DNA of 64,000 bases from Macrostomum hystrix (Eukaryota > Animalia > Platyhelminthes), in the NCBI GenBank assembly GCA_950097015.1, contig CATNEN010000002.1:1798001-1862000 (forward strand), in the 5' to 3' direction. Below are positions 1 through 14,200 of this stretch, piece after piece. Below the pieces are notes generated by a model. That model had not been told where the DNA came from and searched no databases. It worked only from the letters and a program-made list of their open reading frames with translations. A program made the translations under genes and the position numbers. The first letter of the stretch is position 1. Every line of letters starts with the position of its first letter.

Positions 1-281
1 CTATGACATAGTGTTTGAGTACAACGGAAAATGCCACGATAAAAATGATTTTATCATAAACAAAAAGGGGAGGGTAGGGTGTGTATAACTAAAACAGAAC
101 TTATTTACACTGTCAGCATATGACAGCTTTCAGCCAAGGCAGTTGCGGTGCAAATTAAAATGTTACAAAAGTCGACCAATTTACTCTATAAATCCCAAAA
201 TAAGGATTGTAGAATAACAACGTTAAAATCACAGATTGACTATTTAATTTCACGTCAAATAAATCCAAACCCAAGACTACT

Positions 282-1356
282 AAGATCCCATCTAAATCAT
301 TTCAAAATCAAAATCCCCATCACAAGGATTCAGATCCCGTCTCAAAAAAATCCCAAATCCAGATCCCATCTTAACAAATCTGAAATTCAGATCCCGTCTC
401 AAAAAATACCAAATCCAGATCCCGTCTTAACAAATCTGAAATTCAGATCCCGTCTTAATAAATCCTAAATCCAGATCCCATCTTAACAAATCTGAAATTC
501 AGATCCCGTCTCAATAAATCCCAAATCCAGATCCCGTCTTAACAAATCTGAAATTCAGATCCCGTCTCAATAAATCCTAAATCCAGATCCCATCTTAACA
601 AATCTGAAATTCAGATCCCGTCTCAAAAAATCCCAAATCCAGATCCCGTCTTAACAAATCTGAAATTCAGATCCCGTCTCAAAAAATCCCAAATCCAGAT
701 CCCGTCTTAACAAATCTGAAATTCAGATCCCGTCTCAATAAATCCCAAATCCAGATCCCATCTTAACAAATCTGAAATTCAGATCCCGTCTCAATAAATC
801 CCAAATCCAGATCCCATCTTAACAAATCTGAAATTCAGATCCCGTCTCAAAAAATCCCAAATCCAGATCCCGTCTTAACAAATCTGAAATTCAGATCCCG
901 TCTCAAAAAATCCCAAATCCAGATCCCGTCTTAACAAATCTGAAATTCAGATCCCGTCTCAATAAATCCTAAATCCAGATCCCATCTTAACAAATCTGAA
1001 ATTCAGATCCAGTCTCAATAAATCCTAAATCCAGATCCCGTCTTAACAAATCTGAAATTCAGATCCCGTCTCAATAAATCCCAAATCCAGATCCCGTCTT
1101 AACAAATCTGAAATTCAGATCCCGTCTCAATAAATCCTAAATCCAGATCCCATCTCAACTAATCTTAAATTCAGATCCCATCTCAACAAATTTCAAATTC
1201 AGATCCCATCTCAACAAATCTCAAATTCAGATCCCATCTCAATAAATCCTAAAGCCAGATCCCATCTCAACAAATCTCAATTTCAGATCCCATCTCAATA
1301 AATCCTAAAGCCAGATCCCATCTCAATAAATCCTAAATCCAGATCCCATCTCACCC
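282..1356. repeat. Minisatellite, 28-bp monomer organised as a 56-bp dimer (aaatccagatcccgtcttaacaaatctg / aaattcagatcccgtctcaataaatcct)
   Basis: tcttaacaaa recurs at 481 and 537 (period 56); the two halves are related 28-mers; array degrades at both ends. Confidence 0.95.
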
Positions 1357-1473
1357 ATCAGTCAGATCTTTCTATACTGTTCAAGAAACTAGCATAGATC
1401 TGGTTAGGAACAATTGTTAAATCTAACTGTCTATGCAGGATAACCGATAACAGGTTCAGCCATAGAGTATTGC

Positions 1474-4285
1474 TCAAGTGATGGAAACTGTTGTAGGCTG
1501 ATAAACTGGATCGGCGCCCAGCCTCAGCTGTTGAGTGGTCCTCTGCAGAGTGTCCTCCTCCGCCAAGATGGCGCTTGCCTCGGCTGCCTCCGCCTCCAGG
1601 CTGGTGTCGTCTTTGAATCGGCTGAACAGCCGCTGTACGGCCAGCGAGTGCCGGGCGGCTCGGAGGGCGCGGCGTCTGCAGTGGCGACGCAAAACGACAA
1701 AAGCTGCGAGCAGGAAGATGACACCCAGCAGGCAGGCCAGTGATATGAAAACCTGCAGAACAGTGAGGGTCGGAGATGCGATTCACTTTTTAGCTAATGT
1801 ATCTAGGGAATAACATCTGATACATCTAGAGAAAAATAGTTAATAGATCTGAGGAACTATCTTTATAGATCTATGGAACAATAGTTGATAGATCTAAGGA
1901 ACTATCTTTATAGATCTATGGAACAATAGTTGATAGATCTAAGGAACTATCTTTATAGACTAAGGGAACAATAGTTGATGGATCTAAGGAACTATCTTTA
2001 TAGATCTAGGGAAAATATTTGATAGATCTAAGGAACTATCTTTATAGATCTAGGGAAAATATTTGATAGATCTAAGGAACTATCTTTATAGATCTAGGGA
2101 AAATATTTGATAGATCTAAGGAACTATCTTTATAGATCTAGGGAACAATAGTTAATAGGTCTGAGGAACTATCTTCATAGATTTAGGGAGCAATAGTTAA
2201 TAGGTCTGAGGAACTACCTTTATAGATCTAGGGAACAATAGTTAATAGGTCTGAGGAACTATCTTCATAGATTTAGGGAGCAATAGTTAATAGGTCTGAG
2301 GAACTACCTTTATAGATCTAGGGAACAATAGTTAATAGATCTAAGGAACTATCTTTATCGATCTAGGGAACAATAGTTAATAGATCTGAGGAACTATCTT
2401 TATAGATCTAGGGAACAATAGTTGATAGATATTGCGAATAACAGATCTAGCTAATATCAGCAGATAGATCTAGGAAACAACAGCAGATAAATCTAGCGAC
2501 CTATGAAATAAAAATTGATCAATATATTGAAGAGCGGATAGGCTAGACAGCTAACCTTGGCAGCCAATCCCATTCCGCCGCTTCCAATCGGCAAGCACGA
2601 TTCGCCCTCGTATCCCGGTTTACAGTCGATGCAACGCCGTCTATTCATTTCAACGCTAGCCATGCCCGGAGCGCCAACATGTCGCCAAGCGCACGGACCA
2701 GCGAAGTTTAATTCTGCGCAGCGGCAGGGCAGACATCCTTTATAGTAGTCAGAGTAGTCTCTGTAGGTGCCGTCCAGACAGACGCCGCAGTCGCTGCCGC
2801 TGGCTATTGACGCGCAATGGCACTCGGCAACTCCACGCCGGCAGGTGGTGTTAAAAGAATTTGCCAGATCGCAGAGGCATTTATTCGATCTGTCCTCCGT
2901 GCCGCAAGTGACAAGATTGTACTTTTGCGACCAAAGCCAATCTGTTAAGCTATTTGTTGTACCATTTCTAACTAGTAGGCGAACAGTTAGGAAGGCCAAA
3001 TACCTGGTATGCGGGCGCAGTAGGTTAGTTGAGAAGTTCGTCTCATGAGATGCAGGGACGAGGTCAACTCTCTGAGGCTCTGAAAAAAAGTTAAGATAAA
3101 AAATGCTTTATTAAATCACTATCTACATAGACTAAGCTTTATTTCCAATAATGTAGAGTCAGTTTTTCAACTAATGCTTACCTCCAGATGGCAGCTCATA
3201 GAAAATAGCCACCATTGTTTGGATTTCTTCATGTTTCAGTTTTCCATAGTCATATGTGACTACAAAACTATTACTGTCGCTAGCATTGGCATCGGCATGA
3301 TCACAGTGGGATAGAAATGATTGGACACTTGGCAGATCAGTGACTAAAATGAAGGATTAGTGAGCTTTTTGTACAAATAAGTTAACAAAAAACTTAAACA
3401 CAAGTGAGCACATTGTTTAGCATTCAGATTATTTTTAAGTACACAAAAAATGAAACACAATTTTATGGCTATTATGTTTGAAAATTGTGTGTGAATTATT
3501 GAAATGTGGCAACTCAAATGTACAAACTATAATTGTTGCCCAATCATTTCTTTCTTTATATCTAATAGTATTAATAGTTCATTTTGGTGCATAAGTATCT
3601 GGTATTTTGGATATAGCATTTATTAGTACAGACAAAGTTTTGTAGTCACAGTCTAGCAAAAACGAATAAAAACTGGCCTCATTTTGGTATAAGTCTATGA
3701 CAAAAACTGTGACAGCTAACATTTAGTTTGGTAGAAATCATTCTAGTAGGCCTAATGTAAGGAATAAAATAATATATATAGAGAAGGATTGAAATGAAAA
3801 ATAACAAATAGCAAATAAAAAACCAATAAATATTTAAAATAACATCTTAGGTATTATAAAGAAACTTGACACTACTTGCCATGATTTTTACTCTGGCTGG
3901 ACCTGGACATCACACACTGCCTAACATAGCTACATAGCCCCATAGGCCTAGCTATAAAGTAGAAAACATAGTCTGTATGCATGATCATATTATGTCTATA
4001 ACATTATGTTTTTCTCAATTATGGTATGAAGCTCCCAACTATAGTTATAAAAGCATAGCCAATACTAGGATTTGGGTTAAGAATTTTTAATTACGCAAAA
4101 AATATGATGAATTTATGGAAGTTTAATTCACTTCTGTCTATACTCTACACTCTACACTCTAAAGCTACTATCAAAGTTGAAAAAAAACAAAAACATTAAA
4201 ACTTACTTGAATATTCGAAGCAACGTGAAGTAGGCAACGAGCAAATAACAATAACGATAAAACGAAACACTTTCATTGCCTTCAT
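1474..4285 (-). CDS. Type I membrane protein (~347 aa): signal peptide, FN3-like region, two laminin-type EGF repeats, TM helix, short cytoplasmic tail
   Basis: Exons (minus) 4285-4207, 3343-3182, 3079-2556, 1752-1474, all GT-AG with matching phases (1,1,0), total 1044 nt. N-term MKAMKVFRFIVIVICSLPTSRC; LRPHTRYLAFLTVRL resembles the FN3 L-x-P-x-T-x-Y motif; Cys spacing CLCD...CHC...G.DCGVCLDGTY...GCLPCRC...CIDCKPGYEGESC; TM VFISLACLLGVIFLLAAFVVL then RRHCRRR. Confidence 0.8.
1805..2480. repeat. Minisatellite, 44-45 bp unit (tagatctagggaacaatagttaatagatctgaggaactatcttta), in the last intron of the minus-strand membrane protein gene
   Basis: Period 44 (2041/2085) and 45 (2223/2268) read directly from the sequence. 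Confidence 0.95.
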
Positions 4286-5272
4286 TAGAGTCTCTAAATA
4301 CAATTCTATGATTGATCTAATACTATTATAAGAAAGCAGTTTGTATTTAGTAAGTAAAATCACTTAGTACTTGCTCTCTTGCATATACTAACTTCCTGAC
4401 TGTCAGTCAATTTGATTAAGGAATTTTCATAGATAATATAGCATAAATCTAACAAATGCTGCGTGTGTGTGTGTACACATTTTTAGATTATTTTTCCTTT
4501 TCATTTTTTAATGCGTACGCAGTTACAAAACCGTTATAGTAAAACAATTTTTTTCTTTCAATAGTTTTAGAAAACTAAAACGAAAACCAGCTAAAATTTC
4601 GTAAGAAATTAAAAATATAAAAAAATCAATTTACTATTTTGTATTAGCAAACAAAAAACTGCATTTGTTGTCAACACAACTGATAATTTTCAATTTGTCG
4701 ATCTGCAGTTATTTGTACAAATACCTCTTAAACTAGTTATTAGTTAGTTTCAATTTGTTTAAGATCAGCACCTATTGTTTTTAAGAGCGATAAAAACAAA
4801 TCCTTAGCATTTAGGAATTTTATATTTAATTATAACTCGGTGCCTTTTTAAGAAAGGCTTTCCTCTTTACTGTAAAAGAAGCATCTGTTGGTTTCCTAGG
4901 AATAGTTTTGCTGAAAAACAAATAGAAATCATTTAGCCTAAAATCGTAACATATTAATTTTAATTGTTCGGTTACCAGCCTATTTCAAGTACAGTTCTAG
5001 ATTTTTACTACAGTTGGTTTTCGATTTTTTACTGTTTGTATTTTCTATATGATCGTAAATGGAAGTTTATATTTGTAAAATTAGTGTATCCAATTTTTGT
5101 GATTATATATGTAATTATTAGTATTTATTTCTGTTTGGAAAGTTGTAAATTTTTTTTACTATTTTGACTTTTCTGTCTTATAGCTACATCAACTCAATGA
5201 AATATTTTGATTTTCAGAGTCTAGCATAAACTTTAAAACAAGCTTATAAAACAGACAGTAGTGCTACCTGCA

Positions 5273-8200
5273 ATGTCACAAGCAGGCGACACAAATCTAG
5301 CGGCAGAGGAGGGCGGCGAGGCGCCGGATAAGCAACCGCAGGCAGCTGATGCCGGTGACGTCACTGAAGAAACAGAGAAAGCGGACACAGAGAGGGAGAA
5401 GGAGAAGTCCCGATCGAGTAGCGCCGCAGGTGGTGGCGAAGCGACTTCGCATCCGGCAGTTGCGCCAGCTGATGCTCCAGGAGCTGCAGCCGCTGGGCCG
5501 ACAGACGGTGGTAGTGCAGAGGCGGCAAACGCAGAAGAGAGTGACGAAGCGGCGGCGGCAGCGGCAGCAGCTGCTGCAGCCGCCGCCGCCGCTGCAGCAG
5601 AAGCGGAGGCGTTGAAAATTACCGTGCTGGATCTCATTAAGTCGAAGATAATCCTAACTGACTACTTGATGGATGAGCACTTTACAGAGGAGCATTCTGT
5701 ATTTATCGAGACTGAATTCCTACAGAGCACTCACAACAGTCTGCTGGTGGCTTACACTCGCCCGAAAGTCGGACTTCAGTTTGACACCACTTTCCCCACC
5801 CAGCGCCTGACGGAATTCTTTTACTTCATGAAGTCGAGCACCATGGATGAAGGCCAGGAAATTACAGTGGAGAATTTCAACGATTTAATACAGTACGGCA
5901 GCATTAGCGGAATGGGAATCGACTGCATGCTGCGGGTCATGAACGAGCTTTACGCTCCTCTGTTCTTTGCTAACAAGGACTGGCCGGACACCATTCGCAA
6001 CGATTTTTCGCTTCAGCTGCACAAGTTCATGAGCTCACTGACGGACACGCGGTGGAAGCTAGAAGATAAAACTGTCCTGTACGTACCAATCGAGGGAATG
6101 GACCTTTCGCCGGAGGAGGCGGCTAAAGACAAGGACCTCATCCAGAGACTCGAAATGATTCTCATCCATTGGACGCGTCAAATAAAAGACGTCACCGGTT
6201 CGCAGAATGCATTCGACGATGACGACAAAGCCGGACCGCTGGACGAGATCAATTTCTGGAAGAACCGCTGCGAGGATCTCTCGGGCATCAGCAAGCAGCT
6301 GGACAAGCCGGGCGTGAAGAAGATCACGGCTCACCTGGAGGCTGCCAAATCGTCCTACGTGGCCAATTTTCTTAAACTTGCAAGTGAAATCAAGAAGAAC
6401 ACTGCCCAAGCACAGAGCAACTTGAAGTTCCTCACCTCACTGAAGGACATGTGCTACGAGCTGGCCGACGCTAAGCCGAAAGACATTCCCGGCATGCTGC
6501 AAAAGCTGGTCAACCGCATCCGCATGATCTGGACCAACTCCGATCACTACAATAACAAAGAGTCCATGACTGGCATCTTTCGCAAGCTTAGCAACGAAAT
6601 TATCAGGCGATGCTGTGCCGAGATTTCACTGGACAAAATCTTCCAAGGCTACATCACGTCCAGTGTAAATAGCCTCAACGAGTGCATCACCTGCTGCAAG
6701 AAGTGGAAGGATATCTACACTAAGGTGAGCAGGTTAAATAAGAAAAAGATGAAGCTTATATTTTGAATGAAAATCAAATCCAATTTCCAAATGAAACTAA
6801 ATTTGCGTTCGTTTCAGACTGCCGAAATTCACCAGCGCTTCTCCAAGCACCCCTGGGATCTTGACGAGGGCAGCATCTTCGCTCAGGTTGACGCCTTTAT
6901 TCAGCGCTGCAAAGATCTGTTGGAGATCTGCGACTGCCAGAGCCATTTCGCTCGATTCGAGGAGGGCACCAAGAAGGAGCTGCCAATCTTTGGCGGCGCA
7001 CGCGGGCCGGAGATCTCCGCCATCCTGCTGCAGGTTGAGAGCATGTTTGAGAAACTGCTGAAAACACTAAAGGACAAGAAGAACACCATCTTGGACGTGA
7101 AAGCGACGTCGTGGCACGACGACTACAATCGCTTCAGAGCCGGCATCAAGGATCTGGAGGTGATGATCCAGAACGGCATCTACACGGCCTTCATAGACAT
7201 TGTGACCTCCGTGGAGCAGGGTGTTGAAATCCTGGACGTGTTCGCCCACCTGCAAGCTCGCGAGTCAATCAAGCGAGCGATTGACAAGAAGACCCAACAG
7301 GTGTTCAAGATGTTCAACGAGGAGATGAACTGGGCCAAGCGCGAGATGACACAGCACACATCGGCTGGGCTGCCTCCGTTGGGCCATCCGCGCTTCGCTG
7401 GCAACGGTCACTGGGCGAGGATTGTCAAGCGGCGAATGGAACGCGGCATGGGATTCCTGGACCGAGCCCACTTCCTACCAGCCGTCTCCAACTCCGTCGA
7501 GACCAGGGCCGCCTACGCGCAGCTGTGCCAGGCCCTGGAGGAGGTGGTGCGCAAGAACCATATTGAGTTCCAGGGCACCATTGAGCGGGTGAGTCCCACA
7601 TGGACCCAAACTGATGCATAATTCTTCATAAGTTACTCAGAAGTGTTAAATTATGTAATCGCTATGGTTCGGAGTCATTTGTTATTAAGTTTTATTAATA
7701 ACAAGAAAAGAAGAGTAACTTCACTTATCAATTGCAGCTAACGGTGAGTAAAAATATCGAAGAAACGTAATCACGAGTGGCTGGCTAACTTACATTCTGA
7801 CAAAAATCGGGTGTCCTGTCTTATAGCTCTTACAATCTAATGATAATTTTGAACTGCTGTGACTAAAAGCTATACTTTTAGCTTACAGTCTTTGCTTTTA
7901 GTGTACCTGAGTTGTCGCTAAAAATTTCGCTGACTGAATTTGTGACACTCATAAATTTTACAAGCTGGCTTCTACTTCCAGTAACAAAATTCTTGCATTT
8001 AATTCTTTTGCTAATTGCAGTTTGAATCTGTCTTTGGTGACGTAAGTAAAATCTATTAAAGAGAGTAGGAAAAAGTTTCTGATCTTAATATGCCGTCCCT
8101 TTGCTGAAAATGACCTGTACGGACAACCTATTACTTACAGAAGCCAAGTATTGGCACCAAACGTGCTTTAGAAGCACTAGTTTCCTTTGTTTACTATTGT

Positions 8201-11200
8201 TTTCTGTTCAGACCTGAAGTCAATCTTCTTTCTGTTAGCTTTTCATTAAGTAGAGCAATAACAATATGCAGAGAGCATGATCGGTAACTGTGCCAATTTT
8301 GTTCCTTTAATGAAGCTAACCAAGATGTTTTTTCATTCATGAGTAACCTCATAATTGGAGCAGTCTGAAATGCATATGCTAACCAAATCGATTTCACCAT
8401 AAATTTTTCAGGACCCAGTAAAGAGTCTGCAGATGCCAGTTGTTGCCAGAAACCACGAGCAAGTTGGCATGATCAACGTGCACTTCGACAAGAACCTGCT
8501 CAAGCTCTTCCAGGAGTTGTACTATTGGCGTCGGCTGAACTTTGAGACACCCTCTTGGATTGCGGACATTTACGAGAAGCGAAAGTTCTACAGAGACCTC
8601 CGCGAGAGAGTCCTGCTGGTCGTTAGGGACTACAACAAGGTGATCGCCAAGTTGACCCCGGAAGAGCGACTGTTGTTCAAGGAGCAGATCAAGCAGGTCG
8701 ATCGCAAGCTGATGGTCGGCATGACAAAGACCAACTGGACGAGCCACAACCTGGAGAGCTGGATCAAGGGCACCCGCGAGGAGGCACTGAAAGCGCAGCG
8801 AAAGGTAGACGAGTACATGGACTCGAACCAGCGCATCAAGGAGCTGTGCATCCAGATCAGCGAGACCTTGCAGATCAGCATAGACTCAAACCGCGTCTAC
8901 CAGAATGACGAGTTCGAGATTCGTCAACGCGAGCACCAGAAGGTGGTGAAGGAGAAGCTGAAGGCCCTGCACGAGGATGTCATCGAGAAAATGCGCGAGA
9001 CACAGAAATTCTTTGCTGGTGATAGCAACGAGGTGCAGCAGCAATGGTATCGATACACGGACAAGATTGACAGACTCTGCGAAGAGGCCTTCCGCCTAAA
9101 CATCAAGTCTTCCCTGCAGGAGCTTAGTAAGGCCATTAACGGAGATGGTCGCAACGAGCCAATGCCGCTGTTCAGAGTGTCACTCGACCTGGAGCGCGAG
9201 ATTGACTCAAGCGTGTCCAGGCTGGTGTACACACCGCCGCTGCCCGACCTGAACAATGCCGTTGTAAACATGAACGGCCAGCTGACCCGCAATCTGGAGG
9301 ACATTCCGCGGCTGCCGGACAAACTGACGGCCAAGAAATCGCATCGCCAGTCGATCCTGTCAATGATCGCCGGAGACGAGGAAATTCATAAGATCCAGGG
9401 CCAGATTCTTAACGGTATGAGCGAGATGCAGAGTCTGGTAGCTCAAGCTATTAGCTACTGGGACAAGTTCCGCGAGATCTGGGAGGTAGAGAAGGACCAG
9501 TTCTTCGAGGTCTACAAGAAAGGCAATCCGAAAGTGGCGTCGTTCGACGCTGATATCGGACGCTACTCGGAGGTGGCGACAAGCGTGATGGACAGCGACG
9601 CGATGGTGACCACCAAATTCTTGCAGCTTGACTACACGCAGCTGAAGATGTCTATCACAACAGACTGCAAGGAGTGGCAGAACCGACTGACCCGTCTTCT
9701 GCTTGACATCTCCTCCGACAACCTCATGGCCTTCCATAAGTACCTGAAAGACATGAGCGAGCACGTCTGCCGTCCGCCACTGACTCTGGACGAGCTTGGA
9801 GACGCCCTGCAGTTGTGGGAGAAGCTGGACCGAGAAACTCCCGAGCTGGAGGAGAGGATCTATCCACTAGAGGAGCCGTTTGAAATCCTGGAAAAGTACG
9901 AAGTGCCCATCGGAGATGACATCACAGAGGTGCGCTACAATCTGAAGCACCAGTGGGATCAGTTCAAAGAGACAATGGTACACGCCGAAGAGATGCTGCG
10001 AAAGCACAAAGAAAAGTTCAAGGCCAGTAAGTATTTAGCAAGTTGTTTTGGGAACATTGTATCAATCTAAATGTCTAAGATACTAACCAGCTCTACTTAC
10101 CCTCAATCAGATCTCATCTCCCAGTCGGAGGACTTCAAGAAGTCCGTCAGCAGCCTCGTGGACGAGTTTGCTACAACTGGCCCATTCACTTCCACGGTCA
10201 ACACCAAGGAGGCTCTGGCCAGCATCACCAGGTTCAAGGAGCAGCTGGCAGCGCTCAAAGAGCAGGAGGCGAATTTGAGGAAGGGCCTCAACATCTTCAA
10301 AATCGAGCAGCCGCCCAACAAGGACATCGCCGCTCTGGAGAAGGTTTGTTTAGAGCTGTTTTTATTTTAGCTAAGAAAGTGGTTGGCGTGCTAGCATCTT
10401 GTAATAGAAAATGTGAGTGGCGAGCGCAAATTTTCATGAGCTCGAATCTGCGGAGAAGTCCAAATTCTTGGAGATATGCCTGGGGCCTTTTAATTTGTAA
10501 TCCTAGATCCACTGACGCGGCCAGGGCAAATCTATGCACTATGAGAGTGAGCACGTGATGCTCATAGGTCAACGGGAAGGGCAGAATAACCTTCTCGCTG
10601 GTGGGATGCCGACGATCGCCAATTGATGCAGTAAATCCTGCAGCCCCGCGCAAATATGTTTTATAATTATTATCCTGCTTTGGATGCCAATATCTAAAAT
10701 CCCTAAAGAGTTTTCGCCTGAGAACTGCAACAACGCGAACAATGCTAACAACGGTGCTCGAGAACCCGGAGCCGCTGAATTCAGCACCAGTTAGTCAGTC
10801 CCAGTCGCGACGAACATCCATTAACAGCATGGACTCGATCGTGTCCTTTGAAGGTGAGCGCGTAGTCATTAAGAACTATGACCACGTGCCCAGTCCCTTC
10901 ATGGTGCCAATCACGGCTGTGATGCGCGACATCAAGGCGCTGAACGATCTGCCAACGGGAATCACGCCAGAGCCGGAACTGGCCGCATTGGGAACCGAAA
11001 CGGAGCGCTCTTCCGACTTCGCCGCCACCAGCGTGGTCAATCCGGAGTTCGAGTCGATGGTTTCGACTTTGAACACAGAACCAATGCCTGACCCGGCCTC
11101 TATCCAGCATGTACGATGCGGTTCCTCAGAGCGCAGTCAGTTCCTTTTCGTCACATTCAAAGTCTCAAATTAGATTGAGCATGTATTTCGAATTCGTCAC

Positions 11201-14200
11201 TTACGCGGCATCAATTTTTTTGTTTCCGTCATCACTTTTCTGAAGCTTTGACGTGCCTGCTGAAAAATGCGGGTTTTTAATGCTAATGCGTTCAGCTGGC
11301 ATGTTTGTTTTATTTTACAGTTTTTAAGCCACTTTCACAGCACATCACAAAATGTATTGTAAGGAATAGATCGTTTACCATCACGTGTACTCAATAGTAG
11401 ATTATTGAATGCAACATGACATTAATTTTTAAACGATGCTTAAACCCTCGTAGGATCTGGAGTCCGTCGAGAAGGTGTGGATGCTGCGCGACGAATGGGA
11501 GGAGAACTGGAACAAGTGGAAGAGCGGCCGCTTTGTCAACCTCAAGGCCTCCGAGATGGAGGAGGTGGCCAACAATGTGTACAGGAGCTTGTACAAGCTC
11601 AGTCGGGAGCTGAAGGAAAAGAATTGGGAAGTGGTCGAGACAAGCCGTGTCCGCGTAGACCAGTTCAGGAAGACCATGCCGCTCATCACGGATCTGAGGA
11701 ACGACGCCATGCGCGCGCGCCACTGGGCAACTATCAAGGTAAAGCACAGTTCATTGCCCAGCGTACAGCGCACAGCGTAAAGCCCCGTTCATACACCAAT
11801 GACATCGCCTCAAAACATTCTAAAGGAGGAGATTAACAAGCCATTCGACGAGGATGCAGAAGACTTCACGCTGGAGAAGATCATCGAGCTGGGCTTCGAC
11901 GCCCACGCCGAGCTGGTCAACGAGATCTCGACAGCAGCTCGCAAAGAGCTCGAGATTGAGAACCGAATCATCGACATGGAGAAGACCTGGGAGCGCGTCG
12001 ATCTGGACATTGTAGCGCACAAAGACAAGGGTCACTTTAAGGTCCGATCGACTGAGGAAATCTACCAGATACTGGAGGACAACCAGGTGCAGCTGTCGAC
12101 AATGAAGGCGTCCAGGTTTGTGAAGCCTTTCGAGCACCAGGTGGATCAATGGGAGCGGGACCTGTCGCACATCCTCGAGACGCTGGAGACGCTCCAGGTT
12201 GTTCAGAGACAGTGGCTCTACCTGGAGAACATCTTCCTTGGCGAGGACATTCGCAAGCAGCTACCGAAGGAGACCAGCGATTTCGACGCAATTAACAGCC
12301 AGTGGAAAGTCATCATGACAGACATCAACAAAGAGAAGAATGCCAAGCGCAGCACGAAGAAGGCTGGCGTCCTGGAGACTCTGAATGGAATGAACGAGAA
12401 GCTGGAGGGCATCCAGAAGTCTCTGGACATGTACCTCGAGACCAAGCGCCAGATATTCCCCAGGTTCTACTTCATCTCCAACGATGACCTGCTGGAAATT
12501 CTCGGCCAGAGCAAGAACCCGGAGGCGATTCAGCCGCACTTCAAGAAGTGCTTCGACAACATCGTGCGCCTGACGATCAAGAAGGTCAGTTGGTTGACAG
12601 TTCATGGATAAACAAAATTTTTTATTACAAAGAAACCCGTTTGTCTGAAATGAATGAGCTTGTTTTTGTTTTCAGGAAACTTATATCTGGAATGTTCTGG
12701 TTAGACATGTTTCAGGACAATGAACTACATTTCATTTTTGTGAATACGATTCCAAATACTCACACGCATTTTTTTTTCACAAAGATAAATTTTATATGAC
12801 AAAGTGCACAGCCAGGAGCCTCAGTAACTGTATTTAAAGGGCCACATTTCGTTGTTTTCTGAAGTGTCACTTTTATTCTCAATACCAGTCGGACGGCGAA
12901 TCGGTTCACAAGCTTTATTGCTTCATGTTTTACTACATATCGCTTCATGTTTTTTACCTTATTTCACATCGCCTAGATAAAACGATGGTTGTTTCATAGC
13001 CTAACAACAAAAACGTTCCTAATCACTTCAGAACAACGTGCAAGGCTGGGAGGCGACCCGGATGCACTCGGACGACGGCGAATTTGTCGATTTTGAAAAG
13101 CCGCTCCGTCTTGAAGGTCCGGTGGAGGGCTGGATGAAGGACATCGAGGATACAATGCGGTCGACACTGCGCAGCAACCTGCAAGAAACACGAAACAGCC
13201 TGAAGAAGATGCTGACCAAGCGTGACAAGTGGCTCAGGGAGAACAAGGGCCAGATGTGCATTACCTCTAGCCAGATCCAGTGGACGCAGGATGTCACGAA
13301 GGCGCTGAACCTTGTGAAGGAGCGCAACGATAAGAAGCCGCTGAGATCGCTGAAAAAGAAGCAGGTGGTGTTGCTGAACAAATTCTCAGAGATGATTCGC
13401 AAGGACCTGGAGCCGCTGGAGCGCAAGAAGGTCAATGCTCAGGTGATCATTGAGGTGCACCAGCGCGACATTATCGAGAAGCTGTACAAGGCCGGCGTTA
13501 ACGACTACAACTCCTTCGAGTGGCTGGCGCAGCTTCGCTTCTTCTGGGACAATGCACTGGAAGACTGCATTATCAAACAGACCAATACCCAGTTCGAGTA
13601 TGGCTACGAGTACCTGGGAAACAGCGGCCGACTGGTCATCACTCCGCTGACTGACCGCTGCTACATTACCTTGACAACTGCGCTGCATCTGAACCGCGGC
13701 GGTTCGCCTAAAGGCCCAGCCGGTACAGGTAAAACTGAGACCACCAAAGATCTTGGCAAAGCGCTAGGCATGTACGTCATTGTGGTGAACTGTAGCGAAG
13801 GTCTCGACTACAAGTCGATGGGTCGAATGCTCTCCGGTTTGGCTCAGACTGGCGCTTGGGGATGTTTCGACGAGTTTAACCGGTGAGTGGCAACCAATCA
13901 ATAAGAATAAATATGTATGCTACTTTTAGTAGACTACTACTTGTGACCCTCTTATATTCATTGACAAAAATATTTCAGCATCAACATCGAGGTGTTATCC
14001 GTGGTTGCCAAGCAGATTCTGAGCATCCTGAGTGCACTGGCCTCGGCTGGTCCCAACATACCTGTGAGCAAGTTCCTATTCGAAGGCTCTTCGATCAACC
14101 TAAGAAAAACTGTTGGCATCTTCATCACAATGAACCCGGGCTACGCTGGCCGTACTGAGCTGCCAGACAACTTGAAGTCCATGTTCCGACCAATCTCCAT

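Noticed and set aside
3880-3920. Possible 41-nt exon with GC donor in the membrane protein gene
   Set aside because: Entry phase (2) does not match the phase-1 donor at 4207; exon 1 splices in frame directly to 3343.
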